From Microlunatus sp. (GTDB lineage Bacteria; Actinomycetota; Actinomycetes; Propionibacteriales; Propionibacteriaceae): a stretch of DNA of 64,000 nt. The notes beneath the pieces were generated by a model, which worked only from the letters and a program-made list of their open reading frames with translations, searched no databases and was not told the origin of the DNA. Below, piece by piece: positions 61,954 through 64,000 of the stretch (positions are counted from its first letter, which is position 1; each line of letters starts with the position of its first letter). The stretch is from positions 2,242 to 66,241 of the forward strand of contig DASQLI010000153.1 of assembly GCA_035630075.1 (NCBI GenBank), given 5' to 3'. The translations under genes were made by a program, and so were the position numbers.

Positions 61954-62125
61954 GCCTCCTCGGCAAGACAAAACGAGACAATCTGTCGTCTGGCGAACCT
62001 GCAACCGAACGCATCGTCGGCCAGGCGCATGATTCTCACAGACTCTAACCGCACGTTCAGGGATTGTTGCGATTCCGGGTAACGATCTGGGAAAAACGTC
62101 GCCCCGCCGCGGACCGGGCGGCGGC

Positions 62126-63349
62126 TCAGGATGCGGAGTCGCTTCCGCGGGTGGCCACCGCGGCGAGCGTGGCCACGCCGATCCGGATGCACTCCTCGTC
62201 CACGTCGAAGGTGGGCTGGTGGATGTCCGGAGCGCCGGTCTGGCCGGCCGGCCGAACCCCGAGTCGAGCCATCGCGCCCGGCACCTGACGCAGCATCCAG
62301 GCGAAGTCCTCTCCACCCAGTGACTGCTCGGTGGTCGTCACCGTCCGTGGGCCCAGAGCCGCGCGGGCCGCCTTGGTGAGCCGCTCGACGCCGAGGTGGT
62401 GGTTGACGGCCGGAGGCACACCGGCGGTCACCGACACCTCCACTCCGACACCGAACGGCTGCACGATCTGGCTGATCAGCTCGGGGATGAGCCGCTGCGC
62501 CGTCCGCCACCCGTTCTCGTCGAGGGCCCGCAGGGTGCCCTCGATGACACCCACCTGCGGAATCGCGTTCGGCGCCGAGCCGGCATGGACGCGCCCCCAC
62601 ATCATCGAGACGCCGCTGCGCGGGTCGACACGTCGAGACAGCAGCAGCTGGGTCTCGGTCGCCACGGCACCGAGCGCCCCGATCAGGTCAGCGGTCAGGT
62701 GCGGACGGGAGGTGTGGCCCCCGGTGCCGGTCACGGTGACCGTGACCTGATCCACGGCCGAGGTGATCGGACCCACCCGGAGGGCGACCTGGCCGACCTC
62801 GGTGCGAGGGTCACAGTGCAGTGCGTACACCTCGCTGACGCCGTCCAGCACCCCGCACGAGATCGCGTCGACCGCGCCGCCGGGGCTGGACTCCTCGGCC
62901 GGCTGGAAGATCAGCCGGACACCGCGGTGCAGCTGTCCCTTCTCCCGCAACGCAGCGAGGACGAGGCCGACCCCGAGCACCACCGTGGTGTGCACGTCGT
63001 GGCCGCAGGCGTGGCAGACGCCGTCGTTGCGGGAGCGGTAGGCGACGTTCTTGCCGTCCTGGATCGGAAGCGCGTCCAGGTCGGCGCGCAGCCCGATCAG
63101 GTCGTCCGACGAGGCGCCATCGGTGGGCAGGATGTCGCAGACGGCACCGGTCCCGATGCGCAGCACCTCTGCACTCAGACCCGCCGTGGCCAACGTCTCG
63201 ACCACGATCTGGGTGGTGCGGTACTCCTCGTTGCCGACCTCCGGGTGCGCGTGGATGTCACGTCGCAGGGCGACCAGCCACTCGTACAGATGGTCGGTTT
63301 CCTCACTGATCAGCTGGAGCCTGGAGCTCGCGGACGTCTGGACCTGCAC
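62126..63349 (-). CDS. M20 family amidohydrolase
   Basis: RRDIHAHPE, LRADLDALP, HACGHDVH, FQPAEE, GGEDF, IHQPTF. Confidence 0.92.
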   Translation of the reverse strand: MQVQTSASSRLQLISEETDHLYEWLVALRRDIHAHPEVGNEEYRTTQIVVETLATAGLSAEVLRIGTGAVCDILPTDGASSDDLIGLRADLDALPIQDGKNVAYRSRNDGVCHACGHDVHTTVVLGVGLVLAALREKGQLHRGVRLIFQPAEESSPGGAVDAISCGVLDGVSEVYALHCDPRTEVGQVALRVGPITSAVDQVTVTVTGTGGHTSRPHLTADLIGALGAVATETQLLLSRRVDPRSGVSMMWGRVHAGSAPNAIPQVGVIEGTLRALDENGWRTAQRLIPELISQIVQPFGVGVEVSVTAGVPPAVNHHLGVERLTKAARAALGPRTVTTTEQSLGGEDFAWMLRQVPGAMARLGVRPAGQTGAPDIHQPTFDVDEECIRIGVATLAAVATRGSDSAS

Positions 63350-63423
63350 CGCGCCAGTTTGTCACTCCTTGCGAGGGGCTATGTGAAGACGTCACACAGT
63401 CGTCATCCGGAGAAGGCCGACAC

Positions 63424-63442
63424 AAAGGATAGGCTGGCCTAA
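63424..63442 (+). promoter_or_regulatory. IdeR/DtxR-like iron box overlapping the -10 element and start codon
   Basis: AAAGGATAGGCTGGCCTAA matches 15/19 of TWAGGTWAGSCTWACCTWA, upstream of a siderophore-utilisation gene. Confidence 0.7.
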
Positions 63443-64000
63443 TGGGCTACTACTCCGACTACTACCGCGCCGACGTACGGGAAGTGTTGGCGTTGACCCC
63501 GAACATGATCCGCATCGTCTTCGGTGGTGAGGACCTGCGTCGGTTCGCCACCAGTGGCGATCCGGACGAACGGCTGGTGGTGGTGCTCCCCCGACCCGGT
63601 GAGCGGGAGACTCCGGCGCCGGTGCGGCAGCCGGACGGGACCCTGGACTACCCGGCCGACGACGAGCCGGAGATCCGCAGCTACACGGTGCGCCGGTTCG
63701 ATGCCGACAAGCCGGAGATGGTGGTCGACTTCGTCCGGCACGTCGGCGGCCTGGCGGCCACCTGGGCGATCCAGGCGGGGGTCGGTGATGTCGTCTACCT
63801 CAGTCCGGCGAAGGGCTGGTACGCGCCACCGAGCGACGCCCGCTGGCAGCTGCTGCTGGCTGACATGACCGCTCTTCCTGCCCTGGGCCGCATCGTGGAG
63901 AGCCTGCCGGCCGAGATGTCCGCGATCGCGGTGACCGAGGTGACAGCCGAGCTCGACCGCCAGGAGCTGACCAGTGCCGCGGACGTCACCTACACCTGGG
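63442..64000 (+). CDS. Siderophore-interacting protein (partial, runs off the window)
   Basis: My translation: MGYYSDYYRADVREVLALTPNMIRIVFGG...RSYTVRRFD...VDFVRH..G.A..WA...LLLADMTALPA. Confidence 0.88.
   Translation, partial: MGYYSDYYRADVREVLALTPNMIRIVFGGEDLRRFATSGDPDERLVVVLPRPGERETPAPVRQPDGTLDYPADDEPEIRSYTVRRFDADKPEMVVDFVRHVGGLAATWAIQAGVGDVVYLSPAKGWYAPPSDARWQLLLADMTALPALGRIVESLPAEMSAIAVTEVTAELDRQELTSAADVTYTW

Overview
A high-GC actinobacterial chromosomal segment; the gene order looks Propionibacteriales-like, which is inference. It is densely coding, with about 60 CDS and mostly core metabolism. The main blocks are: a sugar locus (nucleoside hydrolase-like protein, AplK-like FGGY kinase, SorC regulator, GH51); birA with acyl-CoA carboxylase beta/epsilon/alpha; a ubiA-dprE1-dprE2 decaprenyl-arabinose cassette with gtrA nearby; lpdA-punA-phosphomutase; a lat/fused E1/glutaryl-CoA dehydrogenase operon; metY-metX; deoC with a split ALDH16-like pair; pheA; metG; and a nucleoside ABC uptake operon with cdd-add-cls. 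No rRNA, tRNA, CRISPR array or intact IS element was recognised. The main oddities are: a family of palindromic REP-like repeats (one copy in-frame inside a kinase gene); a tandem amplification of the accA 3' end; two internally deleted pseudogenes; a structured sRNA candidate at about 16.7-16.9 kb; a probable non-canonical start for metX; many leaderless-type promoters; and an IdeR/DtxR-like box on the last gene. All product calls come from motif recognition by eye, not database searches.
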